Origin: Sphagnum compactum
Taxonomy: Eukaryota
Reading direction: 5' to 3'
NCBI GenBank assembly: GCA_965153455.1
Contig: OZ234493.1
Coordinates: 31,300,213-31,364,212 of the forward strand
DNA: 64,000 nucleotides
Positions 52,154 through 64,000 of the stretch are shown piece after piece; positions within the stretch are counted from its first letter, which is position 1; every line of letters starts with the position of its first letter. Made by a program: the position numbers and the translations under genes. The notes beneath the pieces are model-generated. The model was not told where the DNA came from. It made no database searches and saw only the letters and a program-made list of their open reading frames with translations.

Positions 52154-54333
52154 TCTCTCATCACAACTTCCATGGTCAGCCCCTATATCCCTTGTCACCA
52201 ATGTCTTCTGAAAAATGCTCTCTGCATGAACCCACTCACTCTCTTCCATTGGTTTTGGGCCCCCTATTTGGACTTCCATTTCCCTGAGCTTCATCATTCA
52301 CTTGTAGTAGAGCATACAGCAATTTGGGCATTGTTAGACTTGCTTGCAAGTGCTCTGCAAGATACCCCCTTCTTCTGGTGGTTTTTTGCAGCGCTCTTTT
52401 GAGCTGCATGGGGTACCTAACTCTGAGCTTTTATCATCCCATAGCAGAACCATAAGTTCCATTTTTGGGCATTGTTTGATCTTTATTTAGACATAGATGC
52501 TGAGACAGTTTCACCTCTGCACTTCAATTTCAAACTCTTCCTTTCCTCTCTGATCAGAACCTACAACCTTTTTTCGGACCCAAGTTTTGAAATCTTGCCA
52601 ACTTCTTTCTACGTTCCCTTGATATCAAACCCAGTAGACATGCAAATTGTACTTCAACACATTGTTCAAGAACTTGGGGGGACGCTCTCTTTTCCCTCCT
52701 CCTCCTCCTCCTCCTCATGATCCAAGAGACTTTCCAAGCACAGTTCAAAAGACAAGTTCCCTCAAGGTCATGATGCAAAACCCAGAAGCACCACTAATCA
52801 AAACCAATCTCTAGTTCTCTTCCCTGAAGAATACCCAATTCCCCAATCCCTTTGGGTTTCATTAGGGTTTCCTTTTTCTCAGTTGGGAAACCCATGATTT
52901 CTCTATACCTCCAACAAGTTTCAACATCGTGTTTCTACAGGAGCAAGACAATGAAATCTCAACTCATAAACCTTAATGAAAGCTGAGACACAGAATGATG
53001 AACCCAACTGACCTCTTTTTTGCTCTTTCAGACTCACAGTACAAATGAGGTGAGGAAGGATTACCATCTAGAAGAATTCTAGTAGAGCTGCACAGGACTG
53101 CATATGCTCTAGCAATTGCTGCTACACAGCCATGTAATAACCCTGTGAAGGAATCAGCCTGGCTGCAAAACCTTAACCACATTTGACATATCCTGGCAGT
53201 CCTTGAGAGACCATATTGTGTTCAAGCATTTTGTGGTGTTTGAACACTCTTTCAAGCAACCTGTATGTGTGTCCGAGCATTCTGTGGTCTTAAAAAAACA
53301 CTCTTGCAAGCATCCTCAAATGTGCCAGCATGTGTCAATCATGTCAACAAGACTATTACTACGACTGCTACTGCCCACAGGATGATGGAAAGCTCCACTC
53401 CAGATCCTTTTTCTATTGCTGGAGCAATTTCATGCGACGAATCTTCAAAAGCTCCAGATCCTATTCTCTGGATGGATGTTGTTTGCGGGGTAGGATCCCA
53501 GGGACCATGGCCGTGGAAGAAGAAGATATTGGATTGATTGATTGATTGATCAAACCCTAGGCAAGTCTCGATTCCGGAGCGTTAAGGCGCGCGCTCCGTA
53601 GTCGACGTCGTCGCTCATTCCTCGCCGACCTCGCAAGCGGTCGTCCCGACAACGAGCTCGAACGTTCAGCTAAAGGTTTCAATCTTCCTGATGAGCATAC
53701 TGCCTGGTGATTCATTCTTGTATTTCCTTCTTGTTCGTTGCTGTTCTCTAAGTCCTCTCTATCTTTTGCCGTTTTGTAAATATGCAAGTTCTTGTTGAAG
53801 GTTAGCAGCTTCTGGTTTCTGTGTACAAACAAACAATCGATGCGAGAGTATGTCTGCAATTTCTCTCCTTCAGCGGCGTTGATCTCTCTAGTCACTGATG
53901 CTACGGTTTTGCAAAGGAGAGGAGGATCAAGAATTTCGTTGTTGTGTATCTGACAGAGAATCGACAGTTTCTTCTTTGCTGACTCCTATTTTCCACCAGG
54001 CTCCGTGCAAAACAAAAACATTGATCTGTTTTGCACAGGGAAAGAGCAAATTACTAGAATCAACATCACGACAGCCACTCTGCCATGTTCTGACGGGGTC
54101 TGAGAGAGAGGTCTTCTTCAGTATGCTACTGGATTAATCCGTTTATGTGTGGTTCTTTCACAAGCTCTCTATGTGGTTCCTTCACAAGAGCTTGTACAAA
54201 ATCTCTGCGATGTGTTCAAGAACCAAACTTGGATGGTGCTTTTTGTTTGGAGTACATCATAACTTCTTCATAACTTCCTTGTAGGTCTCCACAATAAGGA
54301 TCTCATCATTGCATCCAAAGTAGAAAGGTGGAA

Positions 54334-56569
54334 ATGGGAGATGCAGGGGATAATGTTGGCAATCCCAGCCATAAAGATATCAGTATACCAATTCCATCTC
54401 TTGCTGAAGAGGTACTTACTATAGACCTTAACATACTGTCCACAGCACCTACTGAAGTGGAACATGAATCAAAGTACAGTGAATGAAAAGCTGTGTGAAT
54501 TGATCAGAACATGTAGTTCATGGTTTCATAGTGCATGTCTCAGTGAGAGATTTGAGCTCCATCATAGGTGTAAGATATGGAAAAACTCTGATTTATTGCT
54601 GGTAATTAGGCCAAGATTGTGCATTCTTTTCATACTGGCTCTTCTCTGGTTTCTTTTGAGTTGTATAAGCATTTTTTGGCAGTGCTGTGTGAGGTTGGGT
54701 ATGCATGCACACAGACAAGTTTATCAATTGTGGACACAATTACTATTTGAGATTCTTCACACTGGGGGATTCATCCAGTATTACTGTGGTGGAAATCATG
54801 GAGCTTGAGGGGGGAATTGTTGATTAGATTTCCTTAGTGCTGATCTGTGCCCCTTTTGTTGGTCACATCCCTTTGTCATGTGGGTTTTTTGGTCATTTGT
54901 AGGAAGCGATCTTGAAGAAGAAATATGGTGGTCTTATGCCCAAGAAACCCCCTCTCATTTCAAAGGTCAGTTTCATGCACATGGGCATCTGGGATCAAGT
55001 TTCAGAGGAGAATGACATATTTCTATAGCTCTATGGTTGAGTGGGTTATGACAAGTTTCATTTCTGTTTAAACAGCATAGAATGGCATTGTTATAATGCA
55101 TGGAATTTAGTGAGCATGGAGGATGTGGTAGATATCTGTGACTCCCCAAACCAACTATAGCTGAAAGCTACCAGGATGTGTTCTATAGTTTCTTGGAATT
55201 GTGGGTATCTTCAGTCTTGTGGATCACCCAAAAACTTGATAGGAGCTTAAGATATTTCTGACATCACCAACCTTTTCAATTGTTTCTTTGTGGCACATAT
55301 GATGGATGTGAACCATCCTTCTGTTGACTTTGGTCCAGAATAGGACAGAACATGGTAACAGATATACATCTGCATGTCATGGCAGCCTATGGGAGAACTT
55401 TGATGGATGGAGTGTTTTGCAGAAATATATGCTGAAGTGTATTGTTTTAGCTGATCACAGGATCATGAGCGTGCGTTCTTTGATTCAGCAGACTGGGCAC
55501 TGGGGAAGGTTTGCTTCAACATTTCTTCGGGCACTGTCTGTGTCATCTGACTGCATTGAATGAATTTTGTTGTGTACATAAGGATATCATGGTCACACTC
55601 AGTGATGATCAACACTGTGTTGGCTTTTCAAAGGCATGTGGGGAAGTCCGCAGAGGACCACTCTGAGAGTGACGAGGCCTTTTATCAAACCTTTTGAGCA
55701 GTTGATATGATGTGATAATGTACCATAAATATAGCTTTTGGCAAGAAGGGATTACGACCTGGGCTGGGATTTGCATGAGTTGCATTTTTGGATGAGTTAG
55801 ATTCATTGTTGCAGGGCAGAGACCTCTCAACTTTTTGTGTTGTTGTAAAAGACAGCTAAATAGCTGATTTGATTTTGGAGCAGCAGGGGAAAGAGCCTCC
55901 AGGTCACAAGCCACGCAGCATGATTGAAGCACTCCGACCAAAACTTCAGGTGCACCCTCAGCTGATATGTATGTGGGCAGTAAATTATGTTGCTAACAGC
56001 CTAGGTGGAATATATTGAAACTCATGTTTAGTGGCTCACTTTTACATATTTTGCCTTATGGTTATGTTGTGCAGCCCACACCTCATCAATCACTCCCTTC
56101 CAGACGATCGTCCCTTCTCCCTGCAGATGGTGAAGTGGAAGGTATGTCAAAATTTGGTTGCAACTCCCACTCTTGCAGAACATTACTTCCATCACTTAGT
56201 AATTCTGGGGTTCTGAGATTTTTTGGTCTCTGTCTCTGTTGCATTTGATCAGCACAACTCTTTATGCGGGAGTTGATTTTCTATTATTGTGTTCACCCTC
56301 TGTTTTGACTTTTAGTTAGCTTCAATCTGAGATGTTTGACTAGGTCAAGAAATGGAACATTGTCAGTTCATGTTTTGGAATTCCTTTGCTGTTGGGATGC
56401 AAACTGTAGACCAGTGACAAATTTTGCTGATTTTTTCTTATAAGGTGTACAATTGGAGATGCTTACATATTTGATCAGTCCCATAAAGTTGTCAATTTTC
56501 ATTTGTTCACCCGAATGTGAAACAGGTGAACCTGAAGAAGCTACTCCAAGTAATGTGGCTGAAGACTGA
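54334..56569 (+). CDS. Endosulfine / cAMP-regulated phosphoprotein 19 (ENSA/ARPP19)-like; exons ~54334-54411, 54903-54965, 55461-55508, 55884-55949, 56075-56141, 56526-56569
   Basis: Not in the ORF track. Spliced translation: MGDAGDNV...PSLAEE|EAILKKKYGGLMPKKPPLISK|DHERAFFDSADWALGK|QGKEP...IEALRPKLQ|PTPHQSLPSRRS...|..AED*. KYGGL and FDSADW are endosulfine-family signatures. All introns are GT-AG. A probable 5' UTR exon lies near 53630-53675. Confidence 0.93.
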
Positions 56570-59500
56570 ATCTCTACTGCCAGGGTTCCTGGACCAAAGA
56601 TGTCCCCTTGAGGAAAGGATTGTGGTGTAATTCTTTTACTCTCATTTCATGCTGTGATTGGGTGACGGTAGACGGTTCATAACCTTGGACCCAAACTTCA
56701 TTGTTGTACTGTTTGTTTCTAGAATTATGAGTGTGAGTGTGATGTGCTCTATATCTGTCTCCAATTCTTCTTGGTGAAGAAGAAGGTGACGGAAACCAAC
56801 CCGATCTTCAATTACATGAAGTGATGGAGTTTTACCACAAGGAATATTTGTTGATTACAGTCTTCAGGCCTTCAAGAAAGTGTTTCCCAGGGTTCTTATA
56901 TAACATACAAAAGTTTCTGAAATCTGATGAACCCAATGCTGCTCATCATTCATGTGGTTCATAGTGTTGGGAGAAAATGTTACTGACTAATAAGAAAATG
57001 CTTTACTTATTTGATTGACAATGGCTAATGTAGCTGGACACTGTCAGTAGTGCATTGATGCATTGTGAATCTAGTGCAGCATTGATGTCAACAACGCACT
57101 TTTGCTGTGAGTACCAAAAGTGTTCAGCTGGATATATCTGGGAGTGACAGGGCAGGAGGAGAGAGGGGCTGGGTGGTGGGTTGGGGTTGGGGGCACTGGT
57201 GTCTCCTTGAATTGGAGGTACAACCACAAACCCTGTGACCATGACCCCATTTCCCCCACCCAAGAAACCTCTTAATCCTGCTAAAGCCCAGCAGTCACAG
57301 GGAATAGAGATTGCCTGTTACAAGCTTTCCCAAAAACCATTACTTCGTGAGTTAAAATGAATACTGTAAATTCAGTGCAAATTCTGCAACATTGATTGGA
57401 GTGTTGTTGGCAAGAAAGTGTGCATTGATACGCCATGTATCTATCCAGTTGTTAAGACAAGCTCACAGGCTGACCCATGGTAATCTTGTAGATACCAAGG
57501 TGGCAGAGAAGTTACATCTTCACTGTACGGGGGTTACACAGGTACAGAGAAACCCACCTTGGGTTCCAAAGGGCATTGCACATTTCTCTGTGCTTTGTGT
57601 GTGTTTGCTGCAATGGGTTTCTTTAGCAAGTGTATGTGTGCATAACTTGGATCCAATTCATTGATTCGAGATTGCTTATGAATTAGCTCAATGGCCTCAT
57701 TGCACATGCACAGTTAGTGCATGTTCTGCAGTTGGATATAGCAGTGTAGTGCAGTTATTTAATTTATAAAGAATCCGCAGTTTTCATGAAAGAACTAGCA
57801 ATGAACTGGGCAATTTTATTATGGCTTGTTATTTGATTATTTTCAAAAGAAATTTGATAATCATGGTTACATGTCAGAACTATAGGTCTTTGATTTATTT
57901 GAGAATCATGATTAGGAACCTAAGAACCACCCTGATAACCGCCTGAGGATATATTCCTGTCTCTAATGACCGCCCGACATTGGTTTATATAGGCTTCAAA
58001 AAATTTGCAACCTGGGGTAAAGGTAAGGAAATATAGGATTTTGCAAGATTATCCAATTCAGGCAATGGTAAAGGAAAACCACAAACATTTTTTTACTCTG
58101 TTCATAAGGTAAAGGGTAGGGTAAATGTTTTGTCATTTGCCTTATGCATACCATGCAGGCATTAGTGGGTAAATGAAGGGTACGTTCGTAGAAAAATTTT
58201 ACACAAGTATGGCACATTTTGAAGTGAGAAAAGAAAATTTTACTTTGTGCAATTGGAATTGTAAACGTGAGCACAATGATAAATATTTATTTCAAACTTC
58301 TTATCAAAAAAATTTGTGACATAGAATGAAACCGATCGATAGCCTAAGAATACATCCAAAGCATTTTTATAATGGCAAGCAAATGTTAGAAAAATCTGAA
58401 GGAGTTCCAAAAGAATGTGGTAAGAATCTAGTTCAAGTTAATTAATCTAATGCAGACATCTTACCTCATCCTACATGTGAAAAGAAGAGATGAAGAAGAA
58501 ACAATCATGGATCAGCTCACCATTTAGGGAGAGGGTCAATGGTGTCACTCTAATATTTGTGAAGGAGACCAATGAAGCTAAGTATTGAAGAACCTCAATC
58601 ATGAGTTGATTGTCAAAAGGCGTCGACCTTTCCTCATTACAAATTTGCTTCAAAGCTAGTTTTGCTTGAACTTTTCCAAGGAAATGTTGGTTGTAACAAA
58701 ACACTCAAATGCAAATATGAGCATTTAATAAAAACTTGGTAGCACTTCTTTGGATATTTTGATCTGGTATTGTTGGATTTGAATTGTAAGTATACTTGAT
58801 TAGAAGTGGTTTGGTATAATGGCCAATAATTTGAAGGGCAATTTTCTCTCACAACAGTTTCAAGTTTCAACCCAATGTGTGAAAAATTTCTTGTGTTCAA
58901 ATATTGACCTTGTCTTCTCCAGCTTCATCCAGGTGGAGCACTAAGTGTCAGCTGCAGTTTGAATATTTGACGGGTTATCCATCAAGCTTTTGATTCTAAG
59001 CCCTTGCAAAGAAAGCATAGAAATGCTTTTGAGTTGCACTGGCAGCTTCCCCCATCCAAAATGCAGCATTCTAAAAGCCTTCAAGCATGTTTGAGTTTCT
59101 GCCAATGCTTTTGAACTTGATGATTTCCCAAAAACCCTCCCTTCTGGATTTCATGACTTACTGGACAGCTTATATTCAGCTGAATATTTGGAGTTGCAAT
59201 TTGGATGCAATTATCTGTTTCTTCAGGGTGCAAACACAATGGACAAGGATTTGCTACTAGAGAAATCTACAGAGTTGCTGCTGCTGTGTATGTTATTCAG
59301 AAAACTGCCACTAAGTACACATGCAAATCACTGCAGGAAATTTCTATTTTTCCCAGACTGTATTTGCTCTAGAGTGCAGATTTGAGTGCCCTTTGATTCA
59401 TCAGTTTCTCCTATACAGCTCAAGAAACATGGATCCAAAACCTCTGATCTACTGCAACAATATAGGGACCTGAACTTCCCCATATTCTTATTAGAAGCAC

Positions 59501-60129
59501 TAGACACAATTGGTACCATACACTAACAAGTAGTGTAGGACTGACCAATCACCATTTCCAACGCCTCAGAGAATTTCCAAGGAGCAAAAAGAAATTATTA
59601 CTACAAAGGCCCATTTCACTGCTAGACTCAAAACCCAATCACAAAGACAATTTTCCAGCTGAAAAAACTCTCGACCAAAAAAAAGAAAATAAAGACGATG
59701 GAAACTGGTGCAGTAGTTTGAGAAAGCTCTGGAAGAAAACAAATGCCAAGAATGAGCAGCAAGCACCAGAACAAGCTTTAACAACATTCCCAGACTTCAG
59801 GGAGTCAAAAGCTCCTCTCTGGGAAAAATTGAAAATAACAAATTCCTTCTTCTGATACTACTATGTATGTCAATTCTGCAAAAAACCTTTGTCTACATTC
59901 ATGATACAACAAGTAACAAGGTCGGCAACTATCTCATGAAGCTGGCCTTAATCTCATGAGGCCAGCCTCCCTCATGATCAATTATCTCCAAAAGATGATA
60001 TGGTTTTGGTGAATGTTGACAAAAACTTGCCAAACTTCACCAAAGAGTGTCTCTAGAGTTTTCTTCTAACAAAAGTTGTCAGGAAGTTGATCTTGACACG
60101 GAAAACCCATGTTGGACATATGGGAAATC

Positions 60130-60240
60130 CATGCTGGAGATGCAAAGCCACTCATGCTGGCTGGACATGGAAAGCTGCTCATGCTGGCTGGATATGGAAA
60201 ACTGCTCATGCTGGCTGGATATGGAAAGCTGCTCATGCTA
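60130..60240. repeat. 27-bp tandem repeat (~4 copies) immediately after the U-box gene stop codon
   Basis: ctcatgctggctgga(c/t)atggaaa(g/a)ctg repeated. Confidence 0.9.
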
Positions 60241-60243
60241 GTG

Positions 60244-61752
60244 TTAAAGAGCAGTTGTTGCAAGACTAGTTCCAAGTGGAGATTTTGTTGTTATAATATT
60301 CCAGGCTGCACAGGGAGTTTCCTGCTGCAGTTGCATCCATGGGTTGCACAAAAGCTTCAAGAGCTCACGAGCTTTGAGCCGGGTACGAGGAGAGCAGTCG
60401 AGCTGAAGAAGCAAGAGCAAAGCTGCAAACAAACCTGATTGTTGAGCAGCCAGGAGCTGACAATCAGAGGAAGCTTTACAAACAGACCAGATGATGGCAA
60501 CACTGAGTTCAGTAGCCAAGTGAGAGACAGTGTGGAGATGGTGCACTAGAGCTGCCATGGCTAAGGCATGATCAGCAACAGCTGCTCTTCCTTCTGCTGT
60601 CGTGCAGAGAAGCTCCAGTACCCCTAGTGCAAGCTCTATATTGCTTCTCTTGGCCTCTGGAAGAAGCTCTATGAGTAAAGGAATCACTGATCCCACCTCC
60701 ACTACCTTGATCCTGTTTCTCCTCGGAATGCAGATTGTCAGCAAGGCTTTCAAGGAAGCTTGGATGGCCTTGGGGTACAAATCCTCTCGTAACATCTTGG
60801 CTAGAGCTTCTAGCACTAGAGCTTTCGGTGGTATCATCTCTGCTGCAGCTCCGATGCTGCAGCTGCTCTGGCTTTGTGACTGATCATCTGTTTCCAATGA
60901 TGCCTGCTGCATTATTGCTGCAAACACTGTTGCGGCATTTACCTTGGCATCCAAGCTTCTTCCCTTGCACAAAAACCAAGCTATGGCTGCCACCGACCTG
61001 GGTTTCAGAAGCTCTCGCCGATGTCGACTGTTTGTGAGGAGAGCAAGAATGGCCAGAGCTTCTTCGCTAGCCTCTAGACTGAAAACTCCGCAACTACGCT
61101 GTTGTTGTTGAGCTCCAGCAGCTGCATTCAAGCTGATCCCTTCGTCTTGTTCTTCAATATTCGTCTTCCGCAGCTGCATTGAGCTACAACATGATGGGAT
61201 TTCTACAGTAGCTGCAGAGCTGCTATTTTCTTCTGCTGCTGCACTGATCATCACGGAAGCGAGCACTGAGACTGCGACCTCGGATTCTTGCATCCATTTG
61301 CGGGTCCTCTCGCTCTCCCGAGCTAGCGATCTGATGTTCTTGAGAGTGGGTAAAGGATCAGCTGTCGAGCTCCGGAGTTGATGCAGCATGGTAGCCACAG
61401 TATCAAGAACACACATCAGGGCCTGTCGCAGTTTGGGAGTCGCGAGGATTGGCACCACGCTCGCGTCCAAGGTGGTGGAGCCAGCTTCCTGGGTTTCGCG
61501 GCACCAGTTGTGGATGAGACGGCGGAGGGTGTGGTTGGGCACCAGCTCCAAGGACGACAGCTTCTGCATGGTGGCGGGACACGTCTGGTTTCCCGCTTTC
61601 AGCCAGAGCTCGATGCTGCTCCGCTCGTAGCTTTGCCCCGTGCTCAACACCACCGGATCCCTCATCAGCTCCAGCGATATCGGACACTTGAAAAACGGCG
61701 GCACTAGTACTGTTGCCACTTTCTCGTCCACCGCGCCTCCTCTAGGCCTCAT
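60244..61752 (-). CDS. Plant U-box (PUB) E3 ubiquitin ligase, U-box + ARM-like region, intronless, CMPG-type architecture
   Basis: VPPFFKCPISLELMRDPVVLSTGQSYERSSIELWL...TCPATMQ...LVPNHTLRRLIHNWC, then the C-terminal ELALGVLELLCTTAEGRA and LLLLLQLDCSPRTRLKARELLKLL. Confidence 0.96.
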   Translation of the reverse strand: MRPRGGAVDEKVATVLVPPFFKCPISLELMRDPVVLSTGQSYERSSIELWLKAGNQTCPATMQKLSSLELVPNHTLRRLIHNWCRETQEAGSTTLDASVVPILATPKLRQALMCVLDTVATMLHQLRSSTADPLPTLKNIRSLARESERTRKWMQESEVAVSVLASVMISAAAEENSSSAATVEIPSCCSSMQLRKTNIEEQDEGISLNAAAGAQQQQRSCGVFSLEASEEALAILALLTNSRHRRELLKPRSVAAIAWFLCKGRSLDAKVNAATVFAAIMQQASLETDDQSQSQSSCSIGAAAEMIPPKALVLEALAKMLREDLYPKAIQASLKALLTICIPRRNRIKVVEVGSVIPLLIELLPEAKRSNIELALGVLELLCTTAEGRAAVADHALAMAALVHHLHTVSHLATELSVAIIWSVCKASSDCQLLAAQQSGLFAALLLLLQLDCSPRTRLKARELLKLLCNPWMQLQQETPCAAWNIITTKSPLGTSLATTAL

Positions 61753-62454
61753 CGATCAACTCCTGACTCTGCAGGCCTGCACTACTCTAGTCCTGCTACA
61801 AATCTAAACCAAAAACAAGAAACTCCGGACTGATCCTCTTCACAACCCAAGCTCCTCTCTCTCTCTCTCTCTCTCAGAGAAACAGAAACACAAAAAGATA
61901 CAAACTTGTTCCAAGGAACCAAGCTCTTCGCTACTTTCTCTCTCTCTCAAAAGATTCCAGGAAATGGAGGACTCACAAGTTAAGAGCCAACTAGCGAACA
62001 AAAAGAACCCACTATACAACAACAACTATCAGAACAATCTGATGTTCAATGCAGTAACGGCCCTGCTCTGCTGCAACAACGTCATCAACAGCGACAACAG
62101 ATCCTCCTCGCCCTAACATTGAAGGAATGTACAAATTAGGGGCATTTTATATACTAGATGAATGATCAGAGATGAGCTGCTGCTGCTGCTGCACAAAACA
62201 GTAGTAGTAGCTAGCTAGCGGGTGCAAATCATGTGCTGAAGAAGCTGCTGCTGCTGCCTACAGGGATGATGATCAGGGGTTGAGCTGCACCATGGGGTTA
62301 GAACTTGGTTGTGGAAAGATCAGGCAGAAGACAATATGGGTCTTGTTGGTCGGTGACTTGGTACTCAAGAAACGAAGCAACGGACTAGCTGCAGGAGAGA
62401 AGCTGAGTCGGAGGCAAAATGCAAAGCAGAAGAGAAAGAGACACACAGAGAGAC

Positions 62455-62496
<42 letters not shown>

Positions 62497-62524
62497 GGCA
62501 GAGGGGGGCGGGGGGAGGAGCAGA

Positions 62525-62790
62525 GTGTCAGTTAGTAGAGTAAGGTAGCTTAATTAGTGAGCAGTTAGTGAGCACGGAAAAACCAGTCAAGGACGGGAAC
62601 TGACTAACTGACACGAAGAGACTGACTAACTGACTGTTCTCTATCTTAACTGTATCCATGAATCATCAATCATTAATTTACCCACGTCCTGCTTTGGTTG
62701 CCTCCGACTAGGCTACGCTGGCAGGGCAGGACGCTTAATTAAACCCCCACCCCCCCCCCCGGCTTACGAACTCTGCAGGTGTCAGTTAGT
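62525..62790. promoter_or_regulatory. Cluster of six TAACTG/CAGTTA (MYB-type) motifs upstream of the PUB gene
   Basis: Hexamer at 62529, 62562, 62605, 62627, 62647 and 62783; four copies extend to GTCAGTTAGT/ACTAACTGAC. Function is inferred. Confidence 0.45.
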
Positions 62791-62979
62791 GTGCAGGAAA
62801 TATTATGGACTAGGTAACCGACTCAAGCGCATAGGTTAGTGTGAATAGTTAAGGCACCCACCCAGCCAGACAGACCCTATTCACACTAACCAGCATGCGC
62901 CCCTCCTCCAGCTGGTTATTATTATAATTATTATTATTATTAGACATACCTATCAATCCCTCATGAGAATGAATCCCAG

Positions 62980-63460
62980 ATTTTCTCTCCTTTCATCCAT
63001 GTAGAGTGGTTATGAAATTTTCATCCAAGTTGCAAAACGGTTATGGAATCATTGGGCCAATGAGAGCCTAGGGTGAGTGGGTTGGTGGTGGTACCTTGTG
63101 CTAATTATTAGGTTGCTGATGAATGAGGTTTTCTCTCTTTTTCATCCATGTAGAGTGGTTATGAAATTTTCTTTCACCCAAGTTCTTTTCATCCATGTGT
63201 TAGAGTGATTATGAAATTTTCATCCAACTCGTAAACCGGTTATGGAATCATTTTGGGCCAACAAGAGCCTAGGGGGGGTGGTGGTACCTTGTGCTAATTA
63301 TTAGGTTGTTGATGAAGCAAAGGTCAAAAGGTTGTGGGTTGTAACAGTGTAAACCCTGTTGTCAATGGATGAAAAGATATGTAATCCTCCTCTTCTCAAT
63401 GGATGAAAAGATATGGATGAAAAGATATGTAATCCTCTTCTTCTCAATGGATGAAAAACT
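62980..63460. repeat. TTCATCCA/TGGATGAA-rich repeat with internal duplications, likely a TE end
   Basis: A ~145-bp segment (62980-63123) is repeated at 63128-63316, and gatgaaaagatatgtaatcctc is duplicated. The same ttcatcca motif occurs at ~40380-40440. Confidence 0.7.
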
Positions 63461-64000
63461 CATATTCAATGTCCTGTCCAGATGATGCATGCATAAAATT
63501 TGTTTTTAAAAAAGGAAGGGCGAGACCTTATGCTTGGTGAACACTGAGTCAAGAATGAATGAAAAGCTTGACAACTTATGGATGGTAGATTATGATGTTG
63601 TTTTCATTCGGTCCCACATTTCTTGGTTTTCTAAGGAAAGTGAAATTTTGGTATTTTTCCTTTTCTTGTTTTTTTCCTCCTCTCGGTTTTGAGAATCTTA
63701 AGTGCAATTTTGAGAATAATCTTTTAAAATTCATATAACCTTTGATTTTGTAATTTTTCTAAAAAAAATTTAGGAAAACTAAATAACCCAACTAAAACTA
63801 ATAAAACTTGATTTGTAATATTAGTTTTATTCATCCAACTAGTGCACAAAGCCCAGGTAAAAAGGATTGTGTATGGATTGCTATGTACATGCAATTATAA
63901 CTAATATAACGTGCTCAAAAAGCAAATCCTTGACTATTGTCCTTTCCAAAAACTTGTACTACTTATATATAGTTTTTAAAAGGAGTTGGACTTGTTTTTA

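Noticed and set aside
60602..61707. Plus-strand ORFs overlapping the U-box gene
   Set aside because: Antisense shadows of a GC-rich CDS.

Overview
Eukaryotic nuclear DNA from a land plant. A bryophyte, probably Sphagnum-like, is my inference from the repeat landscape and gene style; it is not proven. Seven intact protein-coding genes can be read: 20S proteasome alpha-3 subunit (PAC1-like, -), a catalytically dead Harbinger-transposase-derived ALP1/HARBI1-like gene (+, head-to-head with PAC1), an alpha-expansin with an unusual acidic N-terminal extension (-), a DWARF27-like beta-carotene isomerase family gene (-), the plastid DEVH helicase ISE2 (-), an endosulfine/ARPP19-like gene (+) and an intronless U-box/ARM E3 ligase (-). 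A VIT1/CCC1-like pseudogene fragment lies just downstream of ISE2. Two AT-rich TE islands separate the gene clusters. The first (~9.2-22.3 kb) holds a CRE-like non-LTR relic, a Ty3/gypsy relic and a bounded hAT element with a perfect 8-bp TSD. The second (~40-52 kb) holds a decayed CACTA transposase interrupted by four nested non-autonomous CACTA elements, three of which carry a tRNA-like A/B-box motif next to simple repeats. The observations most worth a second look are the acidic extended expansin, a 5x tandem acceptor-microexon-donor array downstream of D27-like, the tRNA-like CACTA cargo, and a six-copy TAACTG cluster upstream of the U-box gene. No prokaryote-type system (CRISPR etc.) is present. 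All exon boundaries were placed by eye.
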